Below are positions 47,241 through 56,881 of a stretch of 64,000 nt of DNA, one piece after another. Under the pieces are notes generated by a model that did no database searches, was not told the origin of the DNA, and was given only the letters and a program-made list of their open reading frames with translations. This stretch comes from Prevotella sp. GTDB lineage: Bacteria > Bacteroidota > Bacteroidia > Bacteroidales > Bacteroidaceae. The stretch covers positions 3,379-67,378 of the forward strand of contig JAFPME010000033.1 in NCBI GenBank assembly GCA_017402445.1, given 5' to 3'. Position 1 is the first letter of the stretch, and each line of letters starts with the position of its first letter. The position numbers were made by a program, and so were the translations under genes.

Positions 47241-48719
47241 TCAGAACTGAGAGTAGATGAAGGGCTGTATGCTGCCCGTGCTGAAGTTGATCAGCAGCTG
47301 AATGGTGCAGACAAGAAGGATGAGCTTCAGCAGCCAAGGGGACTCGATGAACATGCGTTCGAGCAGGCGGTAGGAACGGTCGTGCATGAACAGCAGACCG
47401 TAGCTGATCAGCAAGAGGAGCGAAAACGTGGGCCGCGCCTCGAAGAACGGCAGGGCATAGCGCCAGTCGCAGTCGGCGACGATGCGTCCGAAAATGTTTG
47501 CGACCGTGGTGAGACTGTCGGCGCGGAAGATGACCCACGCCGCGGCCACGAAGACGAACGTCAGTCCGCAGCTCAGGATGCGCACCGGACGGTTGTTGGG
47601 GATGCGGTCGAGCAAGGGATGCAGCAGCTTGTGCACGACGAGCGCCACGCCATGGACGGCTCCCCATACGACAAACATCCACGAAGCGCCGTGCCAGAAT
47701 CCGGCAATGACCATGGTCACGAAGAGATTGAAGTCGCGGCGCACGCGGCTCACACGGCTGCCGCCCAGCGGAATGTACAGATAGTCGCGTATCCAGGTGG
47801 AAAGCGATATGTGCCAGCGGTGCCAGAACTCGGTGACGTTGAGCGACTGGTAGGGATAGCGGAAGTTATCGACCAGACGGAAGCCCATGAGCGAGGCCAG
47901 ACCGATGCTGATGTCGCTGTAGCCCGAGAAGTCGAGATAGATTTGCATGGTGTAGCTGAAGACGGCCACAAGGTTCTCGAAGCCGCTGTAGGCCGTCGGG
48001 TCGCCGAAGATCCAGTTGTTGTATTCGGAAATATAGTCGGCCACCAACCCTTTCTTCAGCATTCCGATGATGATGAGCCACATGCCGGCATAGACAGAGC
48101 GCTGCAGGACAAGGTGATGCTTGTCGCGCAGCTGTGTGAGCAAGGTGCCTGCCCGGGTGATGGGGCCCGCAAACAGCAGTGGGAAGAAAGTCATGTAGAA
48201 AGCATACTCCATCAGGGTGGGCTCTTCGCGGAACCGGTTCCGGTAGACATCAACAGAGTAGCTGATGGCCTGGAAGGTGAAGAACGAAATGCCCACGGGG
48301 AGCATGATGTCCAGGGGAGCGAAGTTGTTCTGCAGCAGAGTGGCGAACGTCTGGACGAAGAAATTGGTGTACTTGAAGTAAAGCAGGGGCAGCAGGTCGG
48401 CCAGGATGACCACCGTCAGCCAGATGTTGCGCCAACGTTTGGTCTCAGCCTGACGTATGCTGCGCGTGAGCATCCACGACAGAACGGTGGAAACGGGCAT
48501 CAGCAGCATCAGTACGCCGTTCACCTTGTAGGCAAAGAAGAGGTTGAACAGCACCACGTAGGCAATCATCAGCGTGCGCCGCTTCCGCCCGATGAGCAGG
48601 TATCCGCCGAAGAAGACGACGAAGAGTGCCAGAAACTGGAGCGTGCAGAACTGCAGCGAGCCATCGGGATAGAGGATGAACTCGCCGAGCGAACGCAGGA
48701 TGGTGTTTAGGTCTGGCAT
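47241..48719 (-). CDS. MBOAT O-acyltransferase (AlgI/PatA/DltB family)
   Basis: LPVGISFFTFQAISY, AGPI.R, QIYLDFSGYSD, EFWHRWHISLSTW.RDYLYIPLGG, GFWHGA. Confidence 0.93.
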   Translation of the reverse strand: MPDLNTILRSLGEFILYPDGSLQFCTLQFLALFVVFFGGYLLIGRKRRTLMIAYVVLFNLFFAYKVNGVLMLLMPVSTVLSWMLTRSIRQAETKRWRNIWLTVVILADLLPLLYFKYTNFFVQTFATLLQNNFAPLDIMLPVGISFFTFQAISYSVDVYRNRFREEPTLMEYAFYMTFFPLLFAGPITRAGTLLTQLRDKHHLVLQRSVYAGMWLIIIGMLKKGLVADYISEYNNWIFGDPTAYSGFENLVAVFSYTMQIYLDFSGYSDISIGLASLMGFRLVDNFRYPYQSLNVTEFWHRWHISLSTWIRDYLYIPLGGSRVSRVRRDFNLFVTMVIAGFWHGASWMFVVWGAVHGVALVVHKLLHPLLDRIPNNRPVRILSCGLTFVFVAAAWVIFRADSLTTVANIFGRIVADCDWRYALPFFEARPTFSLLLLISYGLLFMHDRSYRLLERMFIESPWLLKLILLVCTIQLLINFSTGSIQPFIYSQF

Positions 48720-48734
48720 GAGTGCTTTCGGGTA

Positions 48735-49526
48735 TTAGGGGTTGTAGGGCATCAGCAGGGTGATGTGCTTGTTCTTGGCTTTCTCCGTTGGTACGTCCAT
48801 ACGGATGGGGTGCTCGGTGTTCGGGCTGCGCAGCCACGACGCAATGGTGTCAGCCCAGACGGCAGCGGCTGAGAATGTCGGGTGGGCATGGTCCTTGCCT
48901 CGGTCGAGATTGAGGTGACGGCTGTCGAAATAGCGGTCGCGCCCCACGTTCCGGATAATGACATCGTTGATGCCCGTGTCTTCTTTCCAGTTGGGAGGGC
49001 TCACCCAGACGTACGGAATGTTCCCGATTCGTTTGAGAATGGTCTTGACATACTGTTCGCGCTGGTCGAGATCCTTCACGAAGAGCTCGTTGGCACAGAG
49101 ACAGACAATGACGTAAGTGGGATCGACTTCGCGCATGAAATGCTGCAAAGTGTCCGTTTGTGCCCAGATTTGTGACGTGGAGCTGTACCACACCACGGTG
49201 TGCAGTTCGTGACCGTTGTGCTCGGTGTAGTCGACCAGACGGCGCGTCAGTCCTTCCAGCATGGAGTCGCCGAAGAACAGTATGCGCTGACGTGTCGTGT
49301 CGGGATGCTCGCGGGCAGCCCGGATGCTGTCTTCCCGCGCCTTGGCAGACGCAGCGAACCCCGTCTCCGCGGACAGAGAGTCTGCGGGACGGGGTTCGAA
49401 AGCTTTGGCAATGTCGGCCTTCTTCAGGCGCAAATCGAGCTGTATGTCTTTACTGCAAAGCGCATAGACGAGCACAATGCAAAGGGCCGAGACAAGCAAG
49501 AGCAGGCTTTTCCACTGATTCTTCAT
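48735..49526 (-). CDS. SGNH-fold protein with N-terminal anchor (PatB/DUF459-like O-acetyltransferase)
   Basis: ILFFGDSM, LCANE, WVSPP, DHAHPT (DxxH); N-terminal hydrophobic segment; adjacent to the MBOAT gene. Confidence 0.75.
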   Translation of the reverse strand: MKNQWKSLLLLVSALCIVLVYALCSKDIQLDLRLKKADIAKAFEPRPADSLSAETGFAASAKAREDSIRAAREHPDTTRQRILFFGDSMLEGLTRRLVDYTEHNGHELHTVVWYSSTSQIWAQTDTLQHFMREVDPTYVIVCLCANELFVKDLDQREQYVKTILKRIGNIPYVWVSPPNWKEDTGINDVIIRNVGRDRYFDSRHLNLDRGKDHAHPTFSAAAVWADTIASWLRSPNTEHPIRMDVPTEKAKNKHITLLMPYNP

Positions 49527-49538
49527 TCGCCCTTGCTT

Positions 49539-50933
49539 CTATTTTTGCATATCGTAAACGACCTGCATGATCTGCTTTCCCAGCTCGTCAGCCTCGTCCA
49601 TCGACGAAGCTTCGCTGTAGACACGGATGATGGGCTCGGTGTTCGACTTGCGCAGATGCACCCATTTGTCTGGGAAATCAATCTTTACGCCGTCGATGTC
49701 GTTCACCGTGACTTGGTCTTGGCAGCCATACAGTTCCTTCACTTTCTTCAGGATGGCATCCACATCGGTGTCGGCCGTCAGGTCGATACGGTTCTTGGCA
49801 ATGCTATAGTCGGGGAATGTGGCGCGCAGTTCGCTCACCTTGCAGCCTTTCTGCGCCAGGGAAGAGAGGAACAGGGCAATGCCCACGAGGGCGTCGCGGC
49901 CGTAATGGCTTTCGGGATAGATAACACCGCCATTGCCTTCGCCGCCGATGACGGCTCCGACCTCCTTCATCTTCGTCGTGACATTCACCTCGCCGACAGC
50001 AGCAGCGGTGTAGACGCCACCGTGTTTCTGCGTGACATCGCGAAGAGCCCGCGTCGAACTCAGGTTGCTCACGGTGTTGCCAACGGTGTGGCTGAGCACA
50101 TAATCGGCCACGCTGACCAGCGTATATTCCTCGCCGAACATGCGGCCGTCTTCGCAGATGAACGCCAGACGGTCAACATCAGGGTCAACGACGACGCCCA
50201 AATCGTATTTGCCGGTACGCATCTCGGACATGATTCCCTGCAAGTTCTTCTCCAAAGGTTCGGGATTGTGGGCGAAGTCGCCCGTCACATCCTTGTTCAG
50301 GAAAGTGGCTTCCACGCCGAGCTGCTCGAAGAGCGAAGGCAGGATGATGCCGCCCACGCTGTTGATGGAGTCCACACAGACACGGAAATGGGCCTGTTTG
50401 ATGGCTGCCAGGTCAACAAGCTTCAGTTGCAGGACGCTGTCAATGTGCCGCTGGTCGAAAGAATGGTCTTCAACGTAGCTGCCCAGATGCTCGACGTCGG
50501 CATATTCGAAGTCTTCACGGTCGGCAATGGAGAGCACTTCGTTGCCGTCGGCAGCTGTCAGGAACTCTCCTTCGGCATTGAGCAGCTTCAGCGCATTCCA
50601 TTGTCTGGGGTTGTGCGAGGCTGTGATGATGATGCCGCCGTCGGCACCGCTCATCCGGACGGCCAGCTCGGTGGTGGGAGTTGTGGCATAGCCGATGTCG
50701 AGAACATCGTAACCCATGCCCATCAGCGTACCGCAGACGACCTGACGAACCATGGGTCCGGAGATACGTCCGTCTCGTCCGACAACGATTTTATTAGATT
50801 TTCCTTTGCCGTTCCGTCTGATGAACGTGGCATAGGCTGTTGTAAACTTCACAATGTCCAAAGGGTTCAAGGTGTCCCCTGGTGCTCCGCCGATGGTACC
50901 GCGGATGCCTGATATTGATTTAATGAGTGTCAT
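49539..50933 (-). CDS. glmM: Phosphoglucosamine mutase / phosphohexomutase
   Basis: MTLIKSISGIRG, ITASHNP, DPDVDR, GGEGNGG, RKSNTEP; ATG at 50931-50933 overlaps the upstream TGA. Confidence 0.9.
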   Translation of the reverse strand: MTLIKSISGIRGTIGGAPGDTLNPLDIVKFTTAYATFIRRNGKGKSNKIVVGRDGRISGPMVRQVVCGTLMGMGYDVLDIGYATTPTTELAVRMSGADGGIIITASHNPRQWNALKLLNAEGEFLTAADGNEVLSIADREDFEYADVEHLGSYVEDHSFDQRHIDSVLQLKLVDLAAIKQAHFRVCVDSINSVGGIILPSLFEQLGVEATFLNKDVTGDFAHNPEPLEKNLQGIMSEMRTGKYDLGVVVDPDVDRLAFICEDGRMFGEEYTLVSVADYVLSHTVGNTVSNLSSTRALRDVTQKHGGVYTAAAVGEVNVTTKMKEVGAVIGGEGNGGVIYPESHYGRDALVGIALFLSSLAQKGCKVSELRATFPDYSIAKNRIDLTADTDVDAILKKVKELYGCQDQVTVNDIDGVKIDFPDKWVHLRKSNTEPIIRVYSEASSMDEADELGKQIMQVVYDMQK

Positions 50934-51568
50934 ATTCCTCTCTGGTAAGTGATTTCGTAAAGAAATGGTATCACGTTCGTGGTGGCATACTGCGTTCCCT
51001 GAGCGCTGGGAACGATGACACGAACCTTTGCTATCTGCTCGCCCTCGTTCGCAGGACGACCGATATTGATGTAATAGAACGGGGTCAGCCATCCGGCAGG
51101 AACGGACGTGCTGCCGTAAGCGCTGTACATGATGCTGCTTCCGGCTATGTAGGAGGCCGTATAGCTGTCGCTTGTACGGGTGACGCTCATCTTGTCAACG
51201 AGCATAGCGCTCTGTCGGTCGGTATTGGTAAGTCGCAGAGAATCAGTGAATAGATTGTATTCTTTAAAGCGACAGAGCACCGTTGCCGTCTCGCCCTTAG
51301 CCAGCGGATTGCCACATCCTTTCTGGATGATTTGCATATAGACGCCACTGCTGTTGATGAGCACGTACTCGTTGCGGCTCACGTCGGTTGTATAGTTGCG
51401 ATTACGGAATTCTTCCTCGGTGATAACATTGATACCGTTCTTGCTAATATACGCTCTGATGGTATTGTTCTCTTTCTCTTTCTGCTCAGCATAGGTCTCA
51501 TACTTGCTGCAACTGGCAATTGCCATCAGGCCGGCAAGGGCTATGAACGCGAAGAGTATTCTTTTCAT
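50930..51568 (-). CDS. DUF4827-like lipoprotein
   Basis: Lipobox IASC, ETYAEQKEKE, GVYMQII.KG.G, VRVIVPS.QG; located upstream of glmM. Confidence 0.75.
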   Translation of the reverse strand: MKRILFAFIALAGLMAIASCSKYETYAEQKEKENNTIRAYISKNGINVITEEEFRNRNYTTDVSRNEYVLINSSGVYMQIIQKGCGNPLAKGETATVLCRFKEYNLFTDSLRLTNTDRQSAMLVDKMSVTRTSDSYTASYIAGSSIMYSAYGSTSVPAGWLTPFYYINIGRPANEGEQIAKVRVIVPSAQGTQYATTNVIPFLYEITYQRGI

Positions 51569-51734
51569 TTTCCTGTTTCTATTGATTAATTGCGTGCAAA
51601 GTTACAAAAAAGTTAGGAGTTAACAGTGCCGTGTGGTGAGTTTTTGCCTTTCTCTATGGAAAAATTAACAGCGCGAAAGCTTTTTATGAGCAAAAGAGCT
51701 GCCGCAGAATGTGGCGTTTGGGGAACAGGAAACG

Positions 51735-51805
51735 AAAAAAGCCATCTTCTGCTGCCGCAAATAAAGAAGCGAATCGGCAACTTTTGCGACATGGAAGATG
51801 GCTTT
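51735..51805 (-). terminator. Long hairpin/terminator downstream of the DHH gene
   Basis: Perfect 12-bp arms AAAGCCATCTTC (51738-51749) and GAAGATGGCTTT (51794-51805), inner pairing, minus-strand T tail. Confidence 0.6.
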
Positions 51806-51897
51806 GACTGACGATGATTGGATGGGAACAATCTGCAGATTGGCTGCAGGTCATTTCCGATAGCAACCATCTGCATGGATAGAAGCAACGAATGCGA

Positions 51898-52917
51898 CTA
51901 TAATTCGCTGATGGCCTGACGGACGATTCGCTCTGCTTCCTCCATAGAACAATTGAGCCGACCGCCGGATGCGTTGAGATGGCCACCGCCGTTGAACCAT
52001 CGCTCGGCCACCTTGGTGCAAGAAAAATCATCAACACTCCGCAGGCTGACCCAAATCAGATTGTCGCGCTCGGTGTCTTCGCGCAAGGAGATGCTCAGCT
52101 GGAGGTTCTTAATCTGCAACGGCATGTTCACCAGGCCTTCAGCATCGCCTTTCATGTAGTGGAACCGCTTCAGATCCTGACGTGTCAGCGCAAAATAGCT
52201 GGCTCGTTTGTCTGTGAAGACCTGCAGTTTCTGGTAAAGAACGTAGCCAATCAGGCGCATTCGCCATTCGCTGTAGTTATTATAGACATTCCTGTATATC
52301 TTGTCCTTATTGATTCCCTTGGTCAACAATTGGCTGATGATGAAATAGACTTCAGGAGAAGAGCTGTTGTAAGTGAAGCCCCCCGTGTCTGTCATCATTC
52401 CACAATAAATGGGGACGGCGGTCTTTTTGGTCATGGTTGCAAATCCGTCCAACTGCCAGATGACACGGAAGACAATCTCACAGGTGCTGCTCAGCGCCGG
52501 ATGAGAGATAGTAACAGCACAGTCGATGGCCGGATCAGGGTGGTGGTCAATCATAACTTTCGGTGCAGGACAAGCTCTCAGCACTTCGCCCAGACGGTCC
52601 ATCCGCTCAGGACGGTTGAAGTCTAAGCAGAACACGAGGTCAGCCTCGCGGAATGCAGCCTCAACACGGTCCGTATGCTTGTCGTAGCGCACCAGTTTCT
52701 CGGTGTTGGGCAGCCACTGAAGGAAATCGGGAAACATGTCAGGCACAGCCATAAACAGCTCTTTCCCTTGTTCACGCAGGTACTCCGACCAGGCGAGTAC
52801 GGCCCCGATAGCGTCGCCGTCAGGATTTTGGTGACAGCAGACAACAACTTTCTTAGCTTCGGAAATCAACTGGCGCAAACGGTCCAGATCGCTTTCGTTC
52901 AGAAGATTTATGTTCAT
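51898..52917 (-). CDS. nrnA: DHH/DHHA1 phosphoesterase (NrnA-like)
   Basis: HQNPDGDAIG, CLDFN, IDHH, TDTGGF, GGGHLNASG. Confidence 0.88.
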   Translation of the reverse strand: MNINLLNESDLDRLRQLISEAKKVVVCCHQNPDGDAIGAVLAWSEYLREQGKELFMAVPDMFPDFLQWLPNTEKLVRYDKHTDRVEAAFREADLVFCLDFNRPERMDRLGEVLRACPAPKVMIDHHPDPAIDCAVTISHPALSSTCEIVFRVIWQLDGFATMTKKTAVPIYCGMMTDTGGFTYNSSSPEVYFIISQLLTKGINKDKIYRNVYNNYSEWRMRLIGYVLYQKLQVFTDKRASYFALTRQDLKRFHYMKGDAEGLVNMPLQIKNLQLSISLREDTERDNLIWVSLRSVDDFSCTKVAERWFNGGGHLNASGGRLNCSMEEAERIVRQAISEL

Positions 52918-53010
52918 GAATTAAAAGAAACAAGTGTGACAATAAGTGGAAATCTCACGTCGAAAAAAGCGAAAATCACTCTGGGTGTCACGTAAAAAGA
53001 AAAAAACAAA

Positions 53011-53056
53011 AGACAGAAGAAAGGGATTCCCGCAGGAAACGCCTTCACTTCTGTCT
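53011..53056 (-). terminator. Intrinsic terminator after the nucleotidyltransferase gene
   Basis: AGACAGAAG...CTTCTGTCT arms with a minus-strand T run. Confidence 0.7.
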
Positions 53057-53067
53057 CACAATACGAT

Positions 53068-54009
53068 TCAGAACAATTTCTCAGGATACACGCCTTCGTC
53101 CACCAACTGCTTGATGCGGGCAACAGTGCCTTCGCGGTCGGCAGCATAGGTCACGCCGAACCACTTGCTCGTCGTGTCGAGCACTTTCACCGTAGCTGTC
53201 TTTTCGTTGATGAGCTTGTTCACCATCAGCGGGATGAAGAACTCTGCTTTCAGGTTCTCCATGTTCTTCGGATCAGAGAGGAACTCCTTGAAATAAGCCT
53301 CAGAGTGCTCGAAATAGTCGGGTGTGAAGCCCCACATATTCATGGACACGGGTGTGTTGTCCTCAACAACTACCCATTCTCCGTTCTCATCCTTGTAGCG
53401 GATGGGCTCAGAAGCGGCACCAGCGTTGCTTCCATCTTCAGCACAACGGACGATTTCGGTGCGTTCAACCACTGTCGTGAGGTTTCCGTCGGCGTCTTTC
53501 GAGCAAATGCCACGCGCCACGGTGCCATTCTCACTCAGTGTATTGCCAACACGGAAGCCAACCATGGCGTATTGGTTCGTAGCTCCTTCCGGAAGCTCGG
53601 CCAGGAACTTGCCGATGACCTTGAAAGCGTCGCGGTTGTAGAAGTCATCGCAGTTGATGACACAGAACGGTTCCTTGATAACATCCTTGCCCATCAGCAC
53701 GGCATGGTTCGTTCCCCATGGCTTCACGCGGCCTTCGGGAACGGAAAAGCCCTCGGGCAGCGCATCTAAACCCTGGAAACACAGCTCGCAAGGAATCTTG
53801 TCCTCATACTTCGACAGGATCTGAGTGCGGAACTGCTCCTCGAAATCCTTGCGAATGACCCAAACCACCTTGCCGAATCCAGCCTCGATGGCATCGTAGA
53901 TACTGTAGTCCATGATGGTCTCGCCGTTAGGTCCCAGACCATCGAGCTGCTTCAGTCCGCCATAACGGCTTCCCATACCAGCAGCCAAGAGAAATAAAGT
54001 CGGTTTCAT
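53068..54009 (-). CDS. Sugar-phosphate nucleotidyltransferase family protein
   Basis: LAAGMGSRYGGLKQ, KPWGTNHA, INCDDFY, WFGVTY. Confidence 0.88.
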   Translation of the reverse strand: MKPTLFLLAAGMGSRYGGLKQLDGLGPNGETIMDYSIYDAIEAGFGKVVWVIRKDFEEQFRTQILSKYEDKIPCELCFQGLDALPEGFSVPEGRVKPWGTNHAVLMGKDVIKEPFCVINCDDFYNRDAFKVIGKFLAELPEGATNQYAMVGFRVGNTLSENGTVARGICSKDADGNLTTVVERTEIVRCAEDGSNAGAASEPIRYKDENGEWVVVEDNTPVSMNMWGFTPDYFEHSEAYFKEFLSDPKNMENLKAEFFIPLMVNKLINEKTATVKVLDTTSKWFGVTYAADREGTVARIKQLVDEGVYPEKLF

Positions 54010-54322
54010 TATTTTGATGTTTAATACGAATTAGTTTTCACAGCCAACTTGATGCGTCGTAAATGTAAGACGTCTCTGCGAACCGTCAGGCGCAGTCACG
54101 TACAGACTTGTTTTCAAAGTGCAAAGATAATCATTTTTCCGAGAAAAACAATGCTTCTGACAGAAAATCTGCTCTTGCTATCCTGAAAAAGCAACAGAGG
54201 AAAGGAGAAAGGTGACTGCCAGCATGCTGACGGTCAAGACGAGAAAAAGAGAAACGCCGAAGAATCCGCTCCGAACACCAGAACGTGGAAAGGCAGGCGC
54301 TCAACCGTCTGCGTACCGCTTG

Positions 54323-56881
54323 TCAGAACGGATAGCCAACGGCAAGATGCAAAGCCTGTCCATCCTTGAAACGCCTGATGTTGTAGAATCCGCTCTTGCC
54401 CGTGTCGTAAGGAACATGCAGACCGATGCCCCAGTCGAGCCGGATGACGAGGAAGTCCAAGTCGTAGCGCAACCCGACACCTGTTCCCACAGCAAGGTCT
54501 TTGAACGAGCTCCAGAATTTGAAATAAGAATAATCAAGCTCTTTATTGACTTCCTCGTTGCCGAAATCGCGGTAAACATCCCAGACATTGCCCACGTCCA
54601 AGAAGATGGCACCTTCCAAATTACCCGTCAGACGCGTCCGATATTCAAGATTACCCTGCAACTTCATGTCACCATTCTGCATCAGATAAGAGTACTTTCC
54701 GTCTTCATAGCCGGGGAAAACGCCCGGTCCGAGGCTTCTGACGGTGAAAGCACGGATGCTGTTGGCTCCGCCCACGTAGAAACGCTCGCTGAACGGCGCC
54801 GACGAACTGTTTCCGTAACTGTAGATCAAGCCCGCACTGGCATGGGCCACCAGCTGCGACGTATTGCTCAGGCGCCACCGTTTGGTGAAATCTGTTTCCA
54901 CCTTGATGAACTGCGAGAACGGATTCTTGAACAGCGTCTTGTCCTCTTCGTTCCATTTTTTGCCAGCCGCCATGTAGGCCAGGGCCGTCAGGTTCCCCGA
55001 TTCAGAGAGTGTCAGTTCCCATGAAATGGGGTTTGGCATCGATGAAGGGCTGACGTATGAATAAGTATAGCGCATCTTCGGAATGAAGACATCGTGCATG
55101 GTAGCCAACAGATACTCACTGTTGACCCATATAGAGTCGAACTGTTCGGTCGTATGCGCCAGATGCTGGTATGTAATGGTGAGAGGTGACATCTCATGAC
55201 GGCTTGTTTCGGTCCGTTGCCAGCGGTAAGTCCATTCTCCTGAGAACGTTACCATCTTGAAAAAGCTGGGACGGTTCAGTGCGTTGCGCGACAGCTTGGC
55301 AAGCGTCGAGGGCGTAGTGAAGAAACGCTGCCGGCGCAGACGCTGACGCCTGCGGGCCAATGCGGCACTGTCAAGCGGTTCGGTCGACGCCCGTCTGCCT
55401 CTGGCCATTCGCCGCTGATAAGCCCATTCGCGCCACGGCAGCAGTATTCGCGGGAACTCCAACGAGGCATCGACTCCGTATTCGTAGCTGTTCAGCCGTT
55501 CCGTCTGGCCCGAGGAATTCGTGCTTCGCTGCCATTCGTACGAACCATGCAGATTGATGTCCAGCAATTCACCGCCCCTGAAGGCATTGCGTTTGGTCAT
55601 ACCGACGCGCAGCTCCGGACCGATTCGCCCCGAAGTACGTCCCTGCACGTTGGCTTCGATGTAAGTGTCATAAGGCTTTTCCAACACGCAGTTCATCACC
55701 AGGTCCAGCGTGTCGGGCACCAAGGGGGCCACATTCTGCCTCGATGCCGTAGCGATGGTATCGTTCAGTCGCTTTCGAGGCGTGAACGTGAAGTCCACCA
55801 TCGAGAAGATACCTGTGCTGTTCAGATTTGAAATCGTTTCCAGATAGTTGTCATAGCTATAAGGTTGGCCGTGACGCAGCCGCATGCCATTCGTGATGAC
55901 GCTCAGTCTGACGGGAGGACGCCGTCCGCTGAACCTCACGTGGAAGAAGCGTCGTCCGAGCGTGTCGGTCGGTGTTTGCATGAACGTCTTCCGCAAATCG
56001 ATGTCCACATTGCCGATGCACCATTTCCGAAGGGCTGACTCGGGCAGCTGGTCGGCCAGCTGCAGACGCAAGTTTGCTTTCCCCGGCACGGCCACGGTGT
56101 CCGCCAAGTACGACGCATAGCCTTTCTGATAGTAGTAGTAACCGTTATTTCGGAAGAGCGTAGTGATTCGGCTACGCTCGGCATCGAGCGCGGCCACGGT
56201 GAAGGGATCACCCGGCCGCAGTTCGGCCAGGTCTTCGTTCTCGCGCAGCAGACTGTCGGCTTCCTGCGGGAACCCTACATATTTCATGGAGTCAACGGTG
56301 AAGAGATGTCCCATCGAGACCGTATATCCTATCTTGCTCTTCTTTGGATTCTTCTGAGGAACGGTTTCGTAGTTCACTTTCCCATGGAAGTAGCCATGAT
56401 TGCGCAGTACCGACTGTGCGACAGACGCACGCAATTCAGGATTCACCCAGCTCATCAGCACAGGCTTTTTCCCGAAAGCCTTGGTCATCCATTTCGCAAA
56501 CTTCGTCTCTTTTCCCTGAAAAGCATTCCATATCCACAGTCCGTAAGGAAACGGGGTCCGGTAGTAACTGCTGCCAAACAGCGCGCCGTTCGGAGCCGTT
56601 GCGAGTGCCGCTTCTATTTCTTCCTGCGTCGTAATGAAGTTCTGGTTGCGCTCATAGTCCTTGTATTCAATCTCGGTCAGACCCACAAACAGCTGGTCGT
56701 CGTCAGGAATATGCTTCGTTGTCGAACAAGAAGACTGCAGCAGAAGGCACACGACCAGCCAGACGGGCAGACACCGCCTCAGTCCTGCGATGCAGGCATG
56801 TCGGTTTCGTGTCGTACCAGTTCCGATGTGCGACATCATTCTGTTCGTATTGTCACCCTTCGTCATCATGATTTCTCTCAT
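54323..56881 (-). CDS. TamA/TamL-like Omp85 family lipoprotein
   Basis: Lipobox QSSC-STTK, POTRA-like repeats, FYVGGANSIRAF, G.GLRYD, C-terminal AVGYPF; directly after tamB. The true start may be a later Met. Confidence 0.88.
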   Translation of the reverse strand: MREIMMTKGDNTNRMMSHIGTGTTRNRHACIAGLRRCLPVWLVVCLLLQSSCSTTKHIPDDDQLFVGLTEIEYKDYERNQNFITTQEEIEAALATAPNGALFGSSYYRTPFPYGLWIWNAFQGKETKFAKWMTKAFGKKPVLMSWVNPELRASVAQSVLRNHGYFHGKVNYETVPQKNPKKSKIGYTVSMGHLFTVDSMKYVGFPQEADSLLRENEDLAELRPGDPFTVAALDAERSRITTLFRNNGYYYYQKGYASYLADTVAVPGKANLRLQLADQLPESALRKWCIGNVDIDLRKTFMQTPTDTLGRRFFHVRFSGRRPPVRLSVITNGMRLRHGQPYSYDNYLETISNLNSTGIFSMVDFTFTPRKRLNDTIATASRQNVAPLVPDTLDLVMNCVLEKPYDTYIEANVQGRTSGRIGPELRVGMTKRNAFRGGELLDINLHGSYEWQRSTNSSGQTERLNSYEYGVDASLEFPRILLPWREWAYQRRMARGRRASTEPLDSAALARRRQRLRRQRFFTTPSTLAKLSRNALNRPSFFKMVTFSGEWTYRWQRTETSRHEMSPLTITYQHLAHTTEQFDSIWVNSEYLLATMHDVFIPKMRYTYSYVSPSSMPNPISWELTLSESGNLTALAYMAAGKKWNEEDKTLFKNPFSQFIKVETDFTKRWRLSNTSQLVAHASAGLIYSYGNSSSAPFSERFYVGGANSIRAFTVRSLGPGVFPGYEDGKYSYLMQNGDMKLQGNLEYRTRLTGNLEGAIFLDVGNVWDVYRDFGNEEVNKELDYSYFKFWSSFKDLAVGTGVGLRYDLDFLVIRLDWGIGLHVPYDTGKSGFYNIRRFKDGQALHLAVGYPF

